64,000 nucleotides of DNA from Octopus sinensis. Taxonomy: Eukaryota. The stretch is taken from contig NC_042997.1 of assembly GCF_006345805.1 (NCBI RefSeq), forward strand, positions 3,968,001 to 4,032,000, read 5' to 3'. The notes below the pieces were generated by a model that saw nothing but the letters and a program-made list of their open reading frames with translations, was not told the DNA's origin and did not search any database. The translations under genes were made by a program, and so were the position numbers. Shown one piece after another: positions 13,496 through 27,984 of the stretch (its first letter is position 1; every line of letters begins with the position of its first letter).

Positions 13496-14080
13496 CTAGC
13501 AGTATAACCCGGCCTTGTAATAAGTAATATAGACGTCAAATTTGGGTGAAATCCGTTGCAATTAGTTATATTATATATATTCTATATATATAATATATTA
13601 TAAATATATATTTATATTATATAACAATTACAATATATTTATATTTAAAATATATTGTAATTGTTGTATAAGAAAGTATATATACTATGATTATAAAATA
13701 ATGTCTTTCACAAACAAAAGACAAAGCATTTTACGTTTTATTTATTATGAACGTCATAACTTACTCTCTCTCTCTCCCTCTCTCACTTTGTCTTTCCCGT
13801 GAAACTCTCTGCCTCCTTCTTCCACTTTTCTTTATATTATTTTTTTTGTTAGACGCTGGCAAAAAAGCTAAGGCTAAAATTTTTGATGGCTAAAAGCTAT
13901 GTCTGAAAATCGATATTTACGCTACCCACAGGCGCCCCGGGGTAAAAATAAGTTGACAAATCCCAGTTAGGGTGTTGACAAATGTCTTTCTAAAATTTGA
14001 GTGACACGTGTGCTAATTTGTGAACGTGCATAAATTACAATCACGTACACTCACGCACACACATTCTCCCTTTTATAGAT
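13496..14080 (-). mobile_element. Non-autonomous Helitron-like element
   Basis: The minus strand begins A|TC(atat)ctataaaagggagaatg near 14080 and ends ...ccgggttatactgCTAG|T at 13496. These are Helitron 5' TC and 3' CTAG ends in an AT target; the subterminal hairpin is only half preserved. Confidence 0.6.
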
Positions 14081-14086
14081 ATGATA

Positions 14087-14125
<39 letters not shown>

Positions 14126-14395
14126 GGTGAACATTTGGATATTAATTTGATTATTATCAGTGGTCTAGCATATATAAAACTAAATGTTCAGTAAATTGTA
14201 TTACATACATATGAGCGGGATGACCACTATGCTAGAAGTAGATCCGCTATGGTCTCATCACTTAGAAATGTTCTCAAAAATTTGGGAAAGGAAAATACGA
14301 AAAAGAAAGAAATGGAATTTAACTAGCGAGTGTTTTAGATATTTAAGCTGTCTGACTGTCCCCAGATACACCAAAGTTTGTTTAAAACACACGAA

Positions 14396-14399
<4 letters not shown>

Positions 14400-14473
<74 letters not shown>

Positions 14474-14506
14474 TATATATATATATAGATAGATATATAT
14501 ATATAT

Positions 14507-14563
<57 letters not shown>

Positions 14564-14609
14564 CAGATAGATAGATATATTGATAGTTAGTAAAATAGAC
14601 AGACAGATA
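14400..14609. repeat. (TA)n followed by (GATA)n microsatellite
   Basis: Direct reading. Confidence 0.99.
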
Positions 14610-14855
14610 TGTTTCTTTATTAGCCACTCAGGGCTGCACACAGATAGAACAAATTACAAGGTAGAGCTTTTCTTTTGAAGGTATTAAAAAAAAAAAAAAA
14701 AAAAAAGGGGGGGGGAGAGGAAAAAAATGATCTATAGGGATCGTTATCACAGAAATGTCAATATGAAGTGTAAAGGGGAGGACAGGTGAGGTTTACCCGT
14801 GGAAAGAAAAGCCTGCGGAAAAGACCACGGTAACCTCGGTCAATGAAGTCACATT

Positions 14856-14891
<36 letters not shown>

Positions 14892-15467
14892 AAATAAGCA
14901 ACTCTCTGTTTTCGATTTCTGGGTTCATAGGACTATGCTCAAGGTGGCTTCGTCATTCATACGTGCCATTCTTGCTACCTTCACCATCTTTTTTTAAAAC
15001 ATTCGCTAGACAAAACTTGCCTCTTACTCTCACTTTCCTTTTCAAGTGGTACTTGAAGAAGTTGATGAGAGATTGACCGAGAGGAAAGTGTGTTCTCTCC
15101 AATCCTTTCAGACGCGTCCACCAGATACATTCTTTCGCCATAGCCACAAGGATGATGAAAATAGCTCTTCCTTCCCGTTTGAAGGAAGGAGGCGTGACAA
15201 TATTGACGATAGACTCAGCTGATAAACCGACTCGTCCACACGTGACAGCAGTTGTTCGACATAAGCCCACAGGTCGGAAATTGTTGGACACTGAACGAGT
15301 GCGTGCAGAACGGTTTCGTCGCTCTGACCGCATCTCGGGCAGGTCGGCCCCGTGTTTCTCGAGCCGTGTCTGTAGAGCTTATCCCGAACGGGTAGCGCTT
15401 CTCGGTAGCACTGCCAGGCCAGGGATCTCTGGAAGTTGTCCATGGGCCCTGGCCCGAAAGTCGTCCC
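14610..15467 (-). mobile_element. 5'-truncated L1/Tx1-group LINE (ORF2 C-terminal CCHC zinc knuckle plus 3' UTR)
   Basis: ORF 15108-15443: CPRCGQSDETVLHALVQCP. Frameshifted continuation in ORF 14953-15333: LVAMAKECIWWTR. AATAAA near 14617 on the minus strand. GACAGATA occurs at both 14602-14609 and 15468-15475. Confidence 0.85.
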
Positions 15468-16027
15468 GACAGATAGATAGATAGGTAGATAGATAAATAG
15501 ATAGATAGATAAATAGATTCGTACAATTATGTGAGCATGCGAACGTATGAATAAAGGTATGTGTTGAAATTTTTATACTTAGGTATATGTGTATATTCAG
15601 ATATTATAACATTCATGAAGGTAGAGTTGAATATTACAGGATTTTAGATCACAAGATATGATAACAGGACAATTGTGGAAGAATGTTCATAATATTTATT
15701 TTATATAGTTTTATATTCCCGAAGCAATTATACGGAAATCAGAATTGTGGGTACCAGGTAAAGGCCATCACCGTAAGTAGAAGCTTTATGAAAAGAAGCA
15801 GGAAAGACGCTGTGCAGTTAGTCTCTTACAGCTGTTTCATGAACAGGAGCGCAGATATAGAATTTCCGGGAAAGCGATCGGCAACCAGCATTATAGCTGG
15901 TAATATGTCAAAGGTAATATATGTATAAAATTCAAGAGTTAGAAGAAATGAAATATGTGGTGTTTAGTGCTATTATAGGCAAAAGGAATGCTGGCTGGGC
16001 TGATGGGAAGTAAAATGTACAGAGAGC

Positions 16028-16170
16028 TACGAGGGTGTATTGAAGATTAAACTTTTAAATTATAACTCAGCTGTATTATTGGCCGATAAAAAACTAGTCG
16101 CAGTATATGAATATGAGACCTTGAGTATTAGCGTGTGTGTAAAGTATAAGTTATACCTCCTGGACACTAG
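16028..16170 (+). mobile_element. Possible mariner-type TIR fragment
   Basis: Begins TACGAGGGTG like the terminus at 5353. No partner TIR found. Confidence 0.3.
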
Positions 16171-17334
16171 CTGAATGCTGTATGCGTTTGAAGAAGAGGG
16201 TGAAGATATGCAGAAAAAGATTAACACAAGAAAAATTGATACTAAAGAAAGTACATGGTTCTGAAAGAGATAACTGCAGTGGTATTCAGATTTATAAGTT
16301 TATAAGCTATATTATATTAACAAGGGCAGTGAATGCGCTTTAGACGTATCTGTTAGTTGATAGCTATTAGAGTACTAAATGTATTTATTAGAACAGTAAG
16401 GAATTAATAATACAAATAGTAATTCCCCTGAAAATATAAATATTGTTATGTGTGTGTACAGGAGTAGCGGCGGAGTAAACAAGGAGATTATATAATTTGC
16501 ACATTCATTAAGAATATCTGCAAGTGATTGCTTGAATATAGTATATTGTTGATAAAAAATACTATAGTTCTCTTGGAAATATGTGCAGAGTGTAGAGTGA
16601 AATAAGCAATTATGAGGGGGGAAAAATCATAAAAGCTTGTGTAAGTGGTACATTTAGAGTAGAAGCATTGAGAATTTCAGAGAAGGTTGAAGAATGATAA
16701 TCATAGTAATAGATGAGTAAGATAATAATGCACTACCGATTTGCTTAATCGAAATTCGGTATGCATATATTGCATTTCTAATGCACTTCTAATTTATGCA
16801 GGTGAGAATTGTGTGAAGAGATTCTAAGAGCTACATTTAGATTTGATATAAAATCTGAAAGATTTGAAAATTCTGTGCATGCAAGTGGTAAACGATTAAT
16901 TTTGCCTGTTCAGCATTTGTAATGGATTATGTAATGGGATTTGTGCTAACACTTTTAAGCATAACCAATATGGCAATGTGGGGCGATTGCTCCTTGTCGT
17001 TGTTCCCCAGGATATGATGCCTGTATACAGTGGAATGTTTGCTTGTTTTGTAACTTGTTTGGAAAGACTGTAAATATCGTTCGTTGTGAATTTTTCATAA
17101 ATAACATAACTGTGCTTGACGGAAGTTTGAAAATGTTCGTCTCTGATAAAAAGATCTTGTCGTTCAACTTCAGATCAGATGTGGCCAAATACATTTGATA
17201 TCTAGCTTTTCTAATAACGATTGTCTCAAACGTGGTTGAGCGCATAAATGAATTTTTAATTGATATGCATTCCCTTTGAAACATAGCTGGATATAGAGAT
17301 TTTACACTGCCTGAGAAAAGTGCACCATGGTCGT

Positions 17335-17660
17335 AAATGTGAAAGGGCAATAACTGAATGCCTTTGTGGAGACCGGGTGAAAGTCAGCGAAAAGAAGCGA
17401 CAAATGTCACAGTTACACTGAGAACTAGCATGGAATGTATCCAGGACATCGGGGAAGTGATGAGGCTGCAATGACGGTAGAGCACTTGTGGAAAACAGCA
17501 CTGCTTGGAACCTAACGAATACTCCGGATGGTGCCCAAAAAATGAGGGGTGTTACATTAGTTCCCTTGTAGTGAACAACTGACATCATGGTACATCTCCA
17601 GCGCTAGATGCTATGCAAAGACAACAACAACAAATGCAACAACAACAATAATAATAATGG
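17335..17660 (+). mobile_element. R4/Dong-clade LINE 3' end
   Basis: VEHLWKTALLGT*RILRMV matches the R4/Dong C-terminus (QKTALLGTARILR) and is followed by an (AAC)n/(AAT)n tail. Confidence 0.7.
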
Positions 17661-19149
17661 TAATAGTCATAAATACCTGGAGAACTATCCATCATATATA
17701 ACTTGATGCGAATTCCATCAGACTTGTCTAAAAACGAAATATTGTTGCAGTATATGAGTAGAACATTAACAATAAATATATAACAAAGTATTATTATTAT
17801 TATTCTATAATATATTAGAGATATTATTCTTCTATATTGTATATCGAATAAATTTATTTAGCATTTATATTTTAGGTAAAAATGTGCAAGAAACGGTAAT
17901 AACTATTACCATTTAAATGATAGTTTTATTTCCCATGACGGTAACCGTTGTACTTTTATTCTACACAGCAATTTAATCATTTTATTCTTTTAAATGTTCC
18001 TTCTGTGTTACAGTATACCATGAATAAACATAATTGTACCTAATTATTATGTAATTTTATCAGTGTGAAATAATTAAGCGCAATTATTCAGTGTCAATGA
18101 ACGTCTAGAAGAATAGAAGATGCAAATTAATAATTAAGAGCACAATAATATTATTCTTGCCTTACCCAGGAGATGTCATATTCGTTGTGATATACGGTTT
18201 ACTTGTGTATCAATTTCTTGTTACTAAGGAATAAACATTAATGTATTATCTCAAGCGTATAGCTTATCACACACACACACCGCATACTCATAAACAAAGA
18301 ATTCACGTTATCAATTTTCCAATCAAATTTCTTGCGTCTAGCAAAGAGGAAATAGTAATCTCATAAACATTTAACATATTTCGTGTAGTTTGTAAGCTGA
18401 GTATTTTTCACAGTTCGACACTCACTGTAGAAATTGTGAGAAGGTAAAACGTATTTACCAAATATAATGTGTGCAAGAATTTGTTAAAAATGTATAATCT
18501 TATATGTTGATAATTTACAAAATAAAAACAACAAAAAAACACGAATACGTGTGTGGAAACAATAAACAGATGTATTATTATAACGCTCGGGAAGTGAGCT
18601 CTTGTATAGACAATTTAAAGCCTAACCAACTTGTAACTTTTAGACTATAGTATAGTAATCCATCATCGATTGCAGACAAAGGAATATTCTATAGTACACA
18701 GTGATATATCTACTCGTGCTGGAAGTATCATATTCGTCACATAATGTTGGATAGAAGATATATGATCATATCTAAAGCTAACAGTTTACTCCGACATTCA
18801 CCTTTAATTCAGCAGCACAATATTAACCATCAGGAGGAGAAGCATATAATGAATGCTGAGAGCAATGTTGAGTTCATATTTGATATGTACCATCCTTAAA
18901 AACACGACGAATAATAGATTTTCCGAAATAACCTTTCAGAAATCTCGAATACATGAAAAAATAAAACATAACAATGGAGGTAAGTTCATACGTTTATTCA
19001 ATACATTCTTGTATGTATTTTATTAATTAACATATCTGTTATTTGAGATTTTGTCCTTCCAACCAATTTACTTTATCAAATAATGCAGGACTATATAATA
19101 AACAAAACTTTTGCTCTAAGAGAAGTCATAGGGATGCAACCAATACCAT

Positions 19150-19525
19150 CATCGTGGCACTTCGTTGGTTACGATGACGATTCCAGTTGATCCGATCAAC
19201 TGAACAGCATGCTCATGAATTTAACGTGCAAGTAGATGAGCACTCCCGAGACACGTGTATCCTTAACGTAGTTCTCGGTCGATTCAGCGTGACGTGGAGT
19301 GTGATAAGGCTGACTATTTGAAATACAGGTACAACAAAAACAGGAAGCGAGAGAGAGATAAAATGTTGTGGTGAAAGAATACATCAGGATTCGCCCCACT
19401 CCGTGCCGGAGCCTCGTGGAGCCTTAGATGTTTTCGCTCAATAAACACTCACATCACCCGGTCTGAAAATCGAAACCGCGAAACTATGATCGCGGGTCCG
19501 CTGCCCTAACCACCGGGACATTTTA
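19150..19525 (-). mobile_element. tRNA-derived SINE family B, near full length
   Basis: Reverse complement matches 48310-48619 (gtggttagggcagcgga..., cacgctgaat, gaactacgttaagg, gcacgttaa). Has an A/B-box-like head. Confidence 0.85.
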
Positions 19526-21364
19526 CATCCGCGTTATCAATACAGTATTCCGACAAAATGTAATTTCTGTCACAGTGTCGGAAAATAATCATTAGCCACG
19601 GAATCATCTGTTTCTACTGGAAAAATGCATAAGATAAACCACTAAAATTCATTTGAGGCTAAATTTTCCGTGTTTTCCTATACAATGTTCAACCATTTAA
19701 TATTGTGTTATTGCGATTTCAAGAAAAATAACATTTCTATTAATTAATGAAATACTGAATGACGTAAAAGAATTAAACGCATGAAGAATTGAACGTTTAA
19801 ACTCTTCGTGTATATCATGTGAGAAAATCATTTGTTTGTCACGAATTAATCTGCCATAGTGAACAAAGAGTTAAATATTCTATTTGGGCCGCCAAAGTCC
19901 ACACTAGCAAACTTGCAGAAATCGTACAAATCCTTAGATGTCTCCGAAGGTAACCTATTTCCTCATATTTTCTCTTAATATATCATTGACTTATTTAACA
20001 TCCTAGATTTTTAATTTTCAACGAAAGAACTGTGTTAAACGCAGATAGATATCTTTTGATTCATATTTTATGACCTTCATTTCTTTTATCATACAATATA
20101 TGCACGTTATGCATATTATACGTAGATGTACATAGAAAGGTGTACACATTGGAGATAGGAAAACAGCGTCAAAGGAAGAACACTTTGAATTGCAGCTGAA
20201 TACAATGGATATACACTTTTGACTACTGCCAGAAACTGTCTCAGCCAACAACAAATCTGAAGACATTGTTAATTAACCTCACTAACGTAACAGAAGGAAG
20301 GTTTAGAAATAGCTTTCAAAGTGTTTGTAATACACAAGTATTATTCCGTTTAAATGGTTTGATGCTTCGCAACACGCAATATTCTATTAACAACATATTC
20401 CAGCGACTTAATATTGAGTAGTAATTATAATGTGTATTGAATTGGTTGTTAAATAATTGAGAATTATAAACCCTCCATAATAATTGAATAGATTTTAAAC
20501 TATAGCGCTCGTTTGTCGAGATTGTCTGACCGTTATAATTTCTTGCATAATAGAAGTCGAAATAGATGAATAGAGAAAATTTACGATATGATATTCAATA
20601 TTTAGGATAAGCAATCTGATGTCAAACAAGACTAGTGAAATTCTTGCATTTGTTTAGCCTCAGAAAAGAATTCATGAGAATATACAAATCAAATTATCTC
20701 CAACTGTGTGCATTTCGTGCTATTTTTCACTTCTAAGATTATATTATGCAAAGCATAACTCCATTTTATGGCAGGAAATGGTATGTTGGCTCTTTTTCTT
20801 TAATGCGCATAAACCAACGCATATATGTTATAAGTTTTTTTTTTTAACAATATAGATATTACTCTTGAAACTAGCCGTATAAAAACAAATGGTGATCGTA
20901 AAAAATTAATATATTTTCACAAAATGCCATGTGTGTTGTTGTCTACATGTATCCACAGTCTATTTTTGAAGAGCATGACAAGTAAGAATCGTTAGAGTTT
21001 GCAAGAAGTGCTTTTCGACTGTGTACACATATTCAGCTAATCCAGAGATTATATTTGTCCTTCAATTTTGCAGATTCGATAAATTTCCTGTGAGCAATTA
21101 TTGGTTCCATCGGATACGTAAAACTACTTATTTAGAAACAATTATTATTATTATTGTTGTTTTAATTCTCAGCGTTTTTAGGTAGATGTTTAGGTGAATT
21201 GTGACAAACTTCATTATAAAAGTCCCCGGCTACTCTCTTTTCTTCGCAAGTACAGTCGTTCTACATCTGTCCTAGGGTGGTGCGTTGTACGCATTGTCAA
21301 AGATTGTCATATGTTTCTGTTAAGATTACATATTTCAGTAATTAGAGAGATTTAATTAAATTGC

Positions 21365-22640
21365 AAACTGATGAGGAATTAGCAATTAAATAAGCCGATA
21401 AAGGGAATCTGGTAATCGTGATAGACGCGGACTACTACAAAAACCCAGTAGTATCCATGCTGAATAAGAAGACTACTACGAAAAGATCGAAGACGACAAT
21501 CCGAAAAGGATAATGAAAAATGTTTCAACTACACGGAAAGGGTCTTACGAAAACTGCAAAAGACTACATAACTAACTTTAATTGTAAACCCAGACTCATC
21601 TATGGCTTACCGAAAATTTATAAAAGCCATATAATAAATGAAGCAATTAAAAAATCAACGAAGACATACATACATGTAGCAATACCAGGAGACATTAAAT
21701 TAAGGTTCATTATAGCTGGACAAACCCCTGAAAAACACCGACTGAGTTACTTAAATGACACCTTCTTGAAACCACTTCTAAAATATATTAGATGTTACAT
21801 TAGATGATTTGGGAATGCTAAACCACCTCCTAAAAAGAGTAAAAGAAAAATAGATATGGTCTCCTTTGGTGTTGTTAACCTGCATACAAACATATCCAGA
21901 AGAAATAATGGAATGTATTAGCAAAGAGTTCATAACTGAATCATTAAAATTTATTCTCCGGAAATATCACTTCATGTTTGACACTACTGCATACAGACAG
22001 AAAGTGTGATTTGCAAACCTGACAATAGGCCTTTTGGAACTAACAATTTATTAGAAATCACTCACAAAATTGTGAAATCCAGTTTCCCAATATATAAAGG
22101 AAACTTGGAAAATATATGTGTTTGATTATGTCAATCTAAGGAATGAGAACTTGGAGAACCTTTTGGAATTCAAAAGATTCCTCAGTAGCATAAATACAAA
22201 TATAGAATTAACAATGTGACACAACAGATATTAGCTCCCTTTTCTAGATATACGAATCAAAAGTATGAAGTAAGAAATAGAAACTGACATATCTTACAAA
22301 ACTACAGATTCAAAACAGTACCTGTTATTTAGCTCATGCTACACGAGGCATAGGGAAATGAATATCCCATTCAATATAGCGAGAATAACCTGCAGTATAC
22401 TGTCAGAAAGCCCACCATAGAACTCAGACTACAAGAACTTAAAAACGTATTCGTCGACAGATACTACCTAAATTAGCTTATAGATAATGGTATAAAACGT
22501 GCAATAGTAAAATGTGCTAAGGAACACCAGGCACTATTCTCACTATGTCAATGCACGGAAAGTACATCAACTCAAAAACGACTAGATAAAGAGGTCACAC
22601 TTATTGAAAAATAGAAACCAGAACTTAACATACATGTCAG
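21365..22640 (+). mobile_element. Decayed Penelope-like element (RT; endonuclease mostly deleted)
   Basis: ADKGNLVIV; PRLIYGLPKIYK (ORF 21520-21807); SFGVVNLHTNI; ETDISYKTTDSKQYLLF; ends TSTQKRL...IEK*KPELN. Same family as 30935-32440. Confidence 0.9.
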
Positions 22641-22989
22641 AATGAAAAAATGCATAAAATATTTACCATCCATTACATAAAGAATATCATATTCACTGAT
22701 CATCGCCTTAGATAAAACAATTACATTCACTGATCAACCCCCAAGTCACCTGTATAAACTCAAACTTTCATATCCTCTTCTACGCAAAACTAAATGTAAA
22801 ACTTATGATTACATTTCGTTTTTGGATTTGGTTTGAAAGATTCATTATATGAGTTCTCTGGGGAGAGTCAGTTTCTTTTTGTGCCTTATTATGATTACAT
22901 AACATTAGCAAAATGAATCCGGGCGATTCAGTACATATAGCGGATTAAATAATTGTTATATAAACAAACAATATTTCTATATTTTTTCA

Positions 22990-23024
22990 CATTAAGAGAC
23001 ACACACACACACACAGACACACAC

Positions 23025-23089
<65 letters not shown>

Positions 23090-23110
23090 GTGTGTGTGTG
23101 TGTGTGTTAT
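22990..23110. repeat. (CA)n(TA)n(TG)n microsatellite
   Basis: Direct reading. Confidence 0.99.
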
Positions 23111-23299
23111 GCTCAACGGATACCTCCTGGTTCTTACATTGTAAATATGTCACCAATAGTATATATACATTTATAAAACAACGTTATTTTATTTCACAAG
23201 GACATAAGTATAGAGAAATAGTAATTGAAAATGTACTGAAGAATAGTTAAGATGTTTGTTTTATCGTTATACTTAAACATTTAATCGGTTTCACAGATT

Positions 23300-23900
23300 A
23301 CAATGATTTTCAAAATTGTTGAAATGCAAAGACGTGGCTAATGTGCCAGCTGTCTTGCTTGTGACTGGTGTTTCGAGATTTCCTTATTTGTATTGGGACT
23401 TCATGACAGAAATTAGTATATATTTTGGATAGGTTGTGACTGGTATAGGATCGTCAGAAGACTGGTCTTAGAAATGTTTGTAGGTTGCCCGCTGCGTCTG
23501 TTTTTCGTAGTTCTTGGATATTTATTGCTCCGGCACCTTCTATTCCATTGTTTATTAACTTCAAAGGAATTTATCTTTTAAATAGCATTTGTTTTGGTCT
23601 TTTATGGCTAGTTTCGGGTTTTACACAATTATGCAGATTCGTCTTGCTACATTCATGGGAATGTTATTTTTCATATGTTTCAGATGGCATGAGGAGTACA
23701 GTAAGTATTGTTTAGAGTAGATTTGTTTGTAGTGAATGTCTGTTTCAATGATTTTATCACTTTTCCTGATTAGTAATACAGGAACGATAGTTGAGTTTTA
23801 CTGTATCCCATGGTGAAGTTTATATTGCTATTTATGATCGTGATTTTAGTTTTCGAAATCTATAGATTGCTCAATTTGTGCGTCCTTAGGATTAGTCAGT
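23300..23900 (-). mobile_element. Penelope-like RT C-terminal fragment
   Basis: Minus strand about 23620-23830 reads INFTMGYSKTQLSFL..IIETDIHYKQIYSKQYLLYSSCHLKHMKNNIPMNVARRICII, homologous to ORF 31412-31630. Confidence 0.85.
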
Positions 23901-24404
23901 CATCTACGTAACTTTTACAGGTTTAATTTGGAGTGATTTAATTGTACCTAAACATTTTCACCTAACCGTCACGGCCTTCATTTTAGGGCGAAATATACAC
24001 ATGCGTGACATAAGGCATGAACGTAGCGGTCATCGTACAGAAGTTTCTAAACATAATCACGCGTTTATCCTCTACAAACAATTGACAGAAAACTTTCAGA
24101 GTATTAACCACCCAGTATTAGCACCATACCTGTTCAGTCAACCGTGTCAGCCTTAATTTGTGACGTTAACCTTTGTCACTGAATACTAACACGTGGACGT
24201 AGCGGGAAACCTACAAAAATGTCTAAGACCAATCATGTGACTATCCGCTACTAATCAAACCCTATTCAAAATATATAGAAACTTGAGCCATGAACAACCT
24301 ATGAAAATAAAGCAAGCTTGAAACACTAGTCAGAAGCAACATAGTTGCGACGTAAGTTCATCTCCCTATTTTTACCTTTTGAAACGCAGCGTAAATTTTG
24401 AAAT

Positions 24405-24880
<476 letters not shown>

Positions 24881-25487
24881 GTTCAATCTTTGAATAAAAT
24901 AATAAAAACTATTTTAACTGTCCTCAGGGCATTCTCATGCTCTATGTTCATATATATATATATATATATGTGTGTGGCTGTGTGTTTGTGTGTTTGTGTG
25001 TGTGAGTGTGTGTATGAATACAGGTCTATATATAGAGTTCTCGAATTAACAAAGCAACGAATCACGCGCGCACACGCAAATCATATATACACTGACGCTA
25101 CTCGTCTCTGCGAGAATCATGAATTTTTACTGGTAAATAGCACAACAGAGAAGGACACACCCATTGTAATATAACTTTTTTCGCATTTCGTCAACATTAT
25201 TTCTCCTAAATATTAATGGAAACCACTTACGCTTGAAATTACCTTTGATACGATACTGATAATTGAAATTCGGTATGAAACTGGGAAAATGAAATTTATG
25301 AGGAACAAGCAATATAAAAGTGAAGAAAACTCTTGGTAGTTATCCTCGATGCATTTAGATGTAGACGCTAAAGAAACACCGATATAAATCTGCATATTTC
25401 TTGGAAAATAACAAGAGCAGAATTATACATCGATAAGAGGGAGAGTGAGCGAGAAATGATTCTTTAATTACCTATTTGTGTGGTGAT

Positions 25488-25820
25488 GGCGCATGGCTCA
25501 GTGGTTAGAGCATCGAGTTTACGTTTGCGAGGTTGTGAGTTCGAATCTCGGACCGGGCTACGTGTTGTGTTCTTGAGCAAGACGCTTTATTTCACGTTGC
25601 TCTAGTTCGCTCAGCTGTAGTAATGAGTTGCGACGTCGCAGGTGTCAAGCTGTATCGGCCTTTGCCTTTTCCCTTGTATAACACAGGTGGCGTGGAGAGA
25701 GTTAACCGGTATGCATGGGTGATCGCTGGTCTTCCATAAACAACCTTGCCCGGACTTGTACCTGCGGGGGTAACATTCTAGGTGCAATCCCATGGACATT
25801 CACGACCGAAAGGGGTCTTC
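25488..25820 (+). mobile_element. tRNA-derived SINE family C, full length
   Basis: A box tggctcagtgg and B box gagttcgaatc. The 3' half matches 48621-48820 and the head matches 37285-37410 (minus strand). Confidence 0.85.
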
Positions 25821-26859
25821 GCGCATTTGTGTGTGACTTTCAAAAATTAAATGAATGTTATATAACCAAATTTGCACTCTATAGATTCCTTGAATTTTTT
25901 TTTTAATCCAGCTGTTTTTGCCAAAACTGAAACCGCACTCAACTTAACATTTAGTTAGTTATATTTTGTATTTGATAATATCCAAACATCTCATATGCAA
26001 AATAACTTACTTTTGGTACCCTCGACAGTGAATAATTGTTTTAATGATTCTTTCAGTGAAATATGGAATGTCTACATGTAATTAGAGATATCTTTTGAAA
26101 AACAAAAACAAAAAAAAAAAACTAAAAACAAATTGTTCTAACATTGTTGAATATATTTCGAAGTATGTGCTGTCTTTGGAATATCAGTAATTGCAATATC
26201 CTTCTCCACAGCTAACCCTTCTTTGTAAATTTTGTACTCTACTTTGGCATCTACTTAGAAACACCAGTATTTGAAGATGACGTATCTGAAATATTTAATC
26301 AGTCTTCAACGGTGTTTCATAGAATTTTAAAGTAATTTTCTAGCCTATGCCATTATATGAATACTTGCGTCATTATGATGGTGAAAAAAGTTTCTTGTTT
26401 AAACAATTATCCGATACTAATTATTTCTCAGTATGTGATTGCTTTCTGTTATTTGTTTATTATACTCAATTTATGTTTTCTCGGTACGTCTATTGAAACT
26501 GATTCTTATATATCAGAATGTATCGATATTTGACTTTCATAATGCACAGCACATTCCTTGTTTACTTGAAGCCTTAAGCAAATTATTTAAATCGCAATAT
26601 CCGGTCCTTGTAGATTTTCATTAGATACAGACACAATTATGATTATTTACGTGAAAATCTTCGTTAATTCGCAGCTGGTGCATTTGCGGAACAACCATTG
26701 ACAATAATGCGCAAACGCTATATAATTGTATCACCGAGCATGGCGTACGGATAAATGTATATACTTTTACTATATCTATCTATCTGCCACTCTATCTCTC
26801 TATATATGCCTCTGTAAATATAAATATATATGTGTGTACTTTCAACATGGGAAACTTTT

Positions 26860-27030
26860 AAACTACACACATTCTATTTTTATCCTCAACACATTTCCTT
26901 CTGTAAAAGAGCGTAGTTTCGAAACGTCAAGACTTCTTTGATATTACTTGAACGTCAATCTAATATGCCTCGCTTGTTGTTCCCTTACTATTGTCTTTAA
27001 TATTTTGCATAGTTTTGAAGAATATATATG
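26860..27030 (+). mobile_element. Short PLE-terminus-like repeat with hammerhead-like motif
   Basis: ctt-CTGTAAA-AGAGCGTAGTTTC-GAAACGTC-aag at 26898-26931. Related to 45988-46026 and 54879-54915. Confidence 0.55.
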
Positions 27031-27283
27031 TTTGTGCGTGTGTGATTCATATAGAGAGCCGTGCGCAATATGTTACCAAGAACGAAGAATATAATTGTCG
27101 CAAAAAATGGCATGTGAGTTAGAACAATGACATTGCTAGAACTAAGAGCTAAAAAGCTCTAATGATGTAGTTAAAACACATAATAGTATACATATACACT
27201 GACATAAGTTGTTATATAACTAGTCAGCGTGAATATTTTCTTATGCCTGGACAAGCAGTGGTGAAAGGAATTAATTTCTGTAC

Positions 27284-27284
<1 letters not shown>

Positions 27285-27363
<79 letters not shown>

Positions 27364-27470
27364 CATATATGCATACATACATACATATATACACACACAT
27401 ACATACATACATACATATATATATTTATATATATATATATATATTTATATATATAAATATATAAACTATA
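27285..27470. repeat. (TA)n/(TACA)n compound microsatellite
   Basis: Direct reading. Confidence 0.98.
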
Positions 27471-27984
27471 AATAAGCAAGAAACAAACAAATTGATCAAC
27501 ATCGGTTAATTATTTTTTCATACAAAACATAACATAATATTATATACAACTTCTTTCGGCCGTTTCGGCCCCCAATATATATCGGTGTTTACAGAGAAAA
27601 TTCCGAAAATCATATACGCCATCATTATAGTAGATGGAGCTTCATCAGAGTGATTACATATACATAAAATAAGATAGATGAAGGGAAGAGGAAAGAACAG
27701 TGCCTAGAGATGAGGCCATAAGGCTCAGTGTACTAGAATCCTACTATTTTGCAGTGTGAAGCTTGAACTCCATATGAAAGCGTGAATTAGCAAATGAGCT
27801 AGAAAAAGAATTTATTGCTTGTCCGTTTATGTATGGGTACCAGTGTGTATACATTGTTGTAGGATAAAACTAGTACTAAAGTAAAACTGGAATCGCCAAT
27901 ACAGATATAGAATGAACAGTACTCATGATTCCCTAAATAGAGCTAATTAATATTTATCCGTAAACAACATGTATTACGAAAATA

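Noticed and set aside
15821-15838. Minus-strand GAAACAGCTGTAAGA, the 3' half of a hammerhead
   Set aside because: No CUGANGA-like box upstream; too short to distinguish from an E-box-containing chance match.
25488-25570. tRNA-like A/B boxes here and at 24410, 34030 and 48310
   Set aside because: No closed acceptor stem, and each continues into a multicopy body; they are SINE heads, not tRNA genes.
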